Below are positions 57,791 through 57,944 of a stretch of 57,944 bases of DNA, piece by piece. Source of the stretch: an uncultured Pseudomonadales bacterium (lineage in GTDB: Bacteria; Patescibacteriota; Microgenomatia; UBA1400; PJMF01); contig CAZYNM010000008.1 of assembly GCA_964648715.1 (NCBI GenBank), forward strand, positions 1-57,944, given 5' to 3'. Numbering within the stretch: position 1 is the stretch's first letter; each line of letters begins with the position of its first letter. The notes beneath the pieces are model-generated. The model had not been told where the DNA came from and did no database searches. It saw only the letters and a program-made list of their open reading frames with translations. Made by a program: the position numbers and the translations under genes.

Positions 57791-57826
57791 AAAAACACTC
57801 ATCTACTACCCGATAGACTGATGAGT
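57791..57826 (-). terminator. Terminator-like hairpin
   Basis: ACTCATC/GATGAGT stem then GTTTTT on the minus strand. Confidence 0.5.
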
Positions 57827-57942
57827 CTACGAGGATTTATCTGTTCTAGATCATTCTCTTTACCATCCTGTGAATAGTGTAGCTCAAAGCCAATTCCAAG
57901 CAAGAATTCACTCAGTTTTTCAAGGTTTTGGCCTGCATGAGG
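57799..57942 (-). CDS. Possible 3' end of a gene entering from beyond the window
   Basis: Frame open from the window edge to TGA at 57801-57799. Confidence 0.3.
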   Translation of the reverse strand, partial: PHAGQNLEKLSEFLLGIGFELHYSQDGKENDLEQINPRRLISLSGSR

Positions 57943-57944
57943 AT

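Overview
Compact bacterial chromosomal window. Gene content and divergent protein families fit Patescibacteria/CPR, Microgenomates-like (inference, no marker tree run). In order: a thymidine-nucleotide block (thyA, HIT/GalT-like, dCMP deaminase, cytidylyltransferase, surE, DHFR, dut, divergent Maf-like, tmk, HD-like), recR, an ECF sigma, hpf, a 1268-aa membrane transglutaminase-like protein, cysS, and a carotenoid cluster (crtI, GT2, lycopene elongase-like, crtB, crtE). Then gnd/zwf, a run of small accessory genes ending in an AT-rich orphan TIR gene, ychF, rpsF-ssb-rpsR, proteases, prfA, rpmE, hisS, tRNA-Ala(CGC), dnaB, tRNA-Leu(CAA), lgt-lspA-rluA, a purine salvage block (PRT, guaB, guaA, add) and glyA. 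No CRISPR array, integrase or transposase was seen. The most notable signal is non-coding: a leaderless 14-aa His-His-His leader peptide with mutually exclusive antiterminator/terminator hairpins upstream of hisS. Similar short-uORF-plus-hairpin leaders sit upstream of glyA, guaB and hpf. All protein assignments come from reading motifs by eye; no database search was run.
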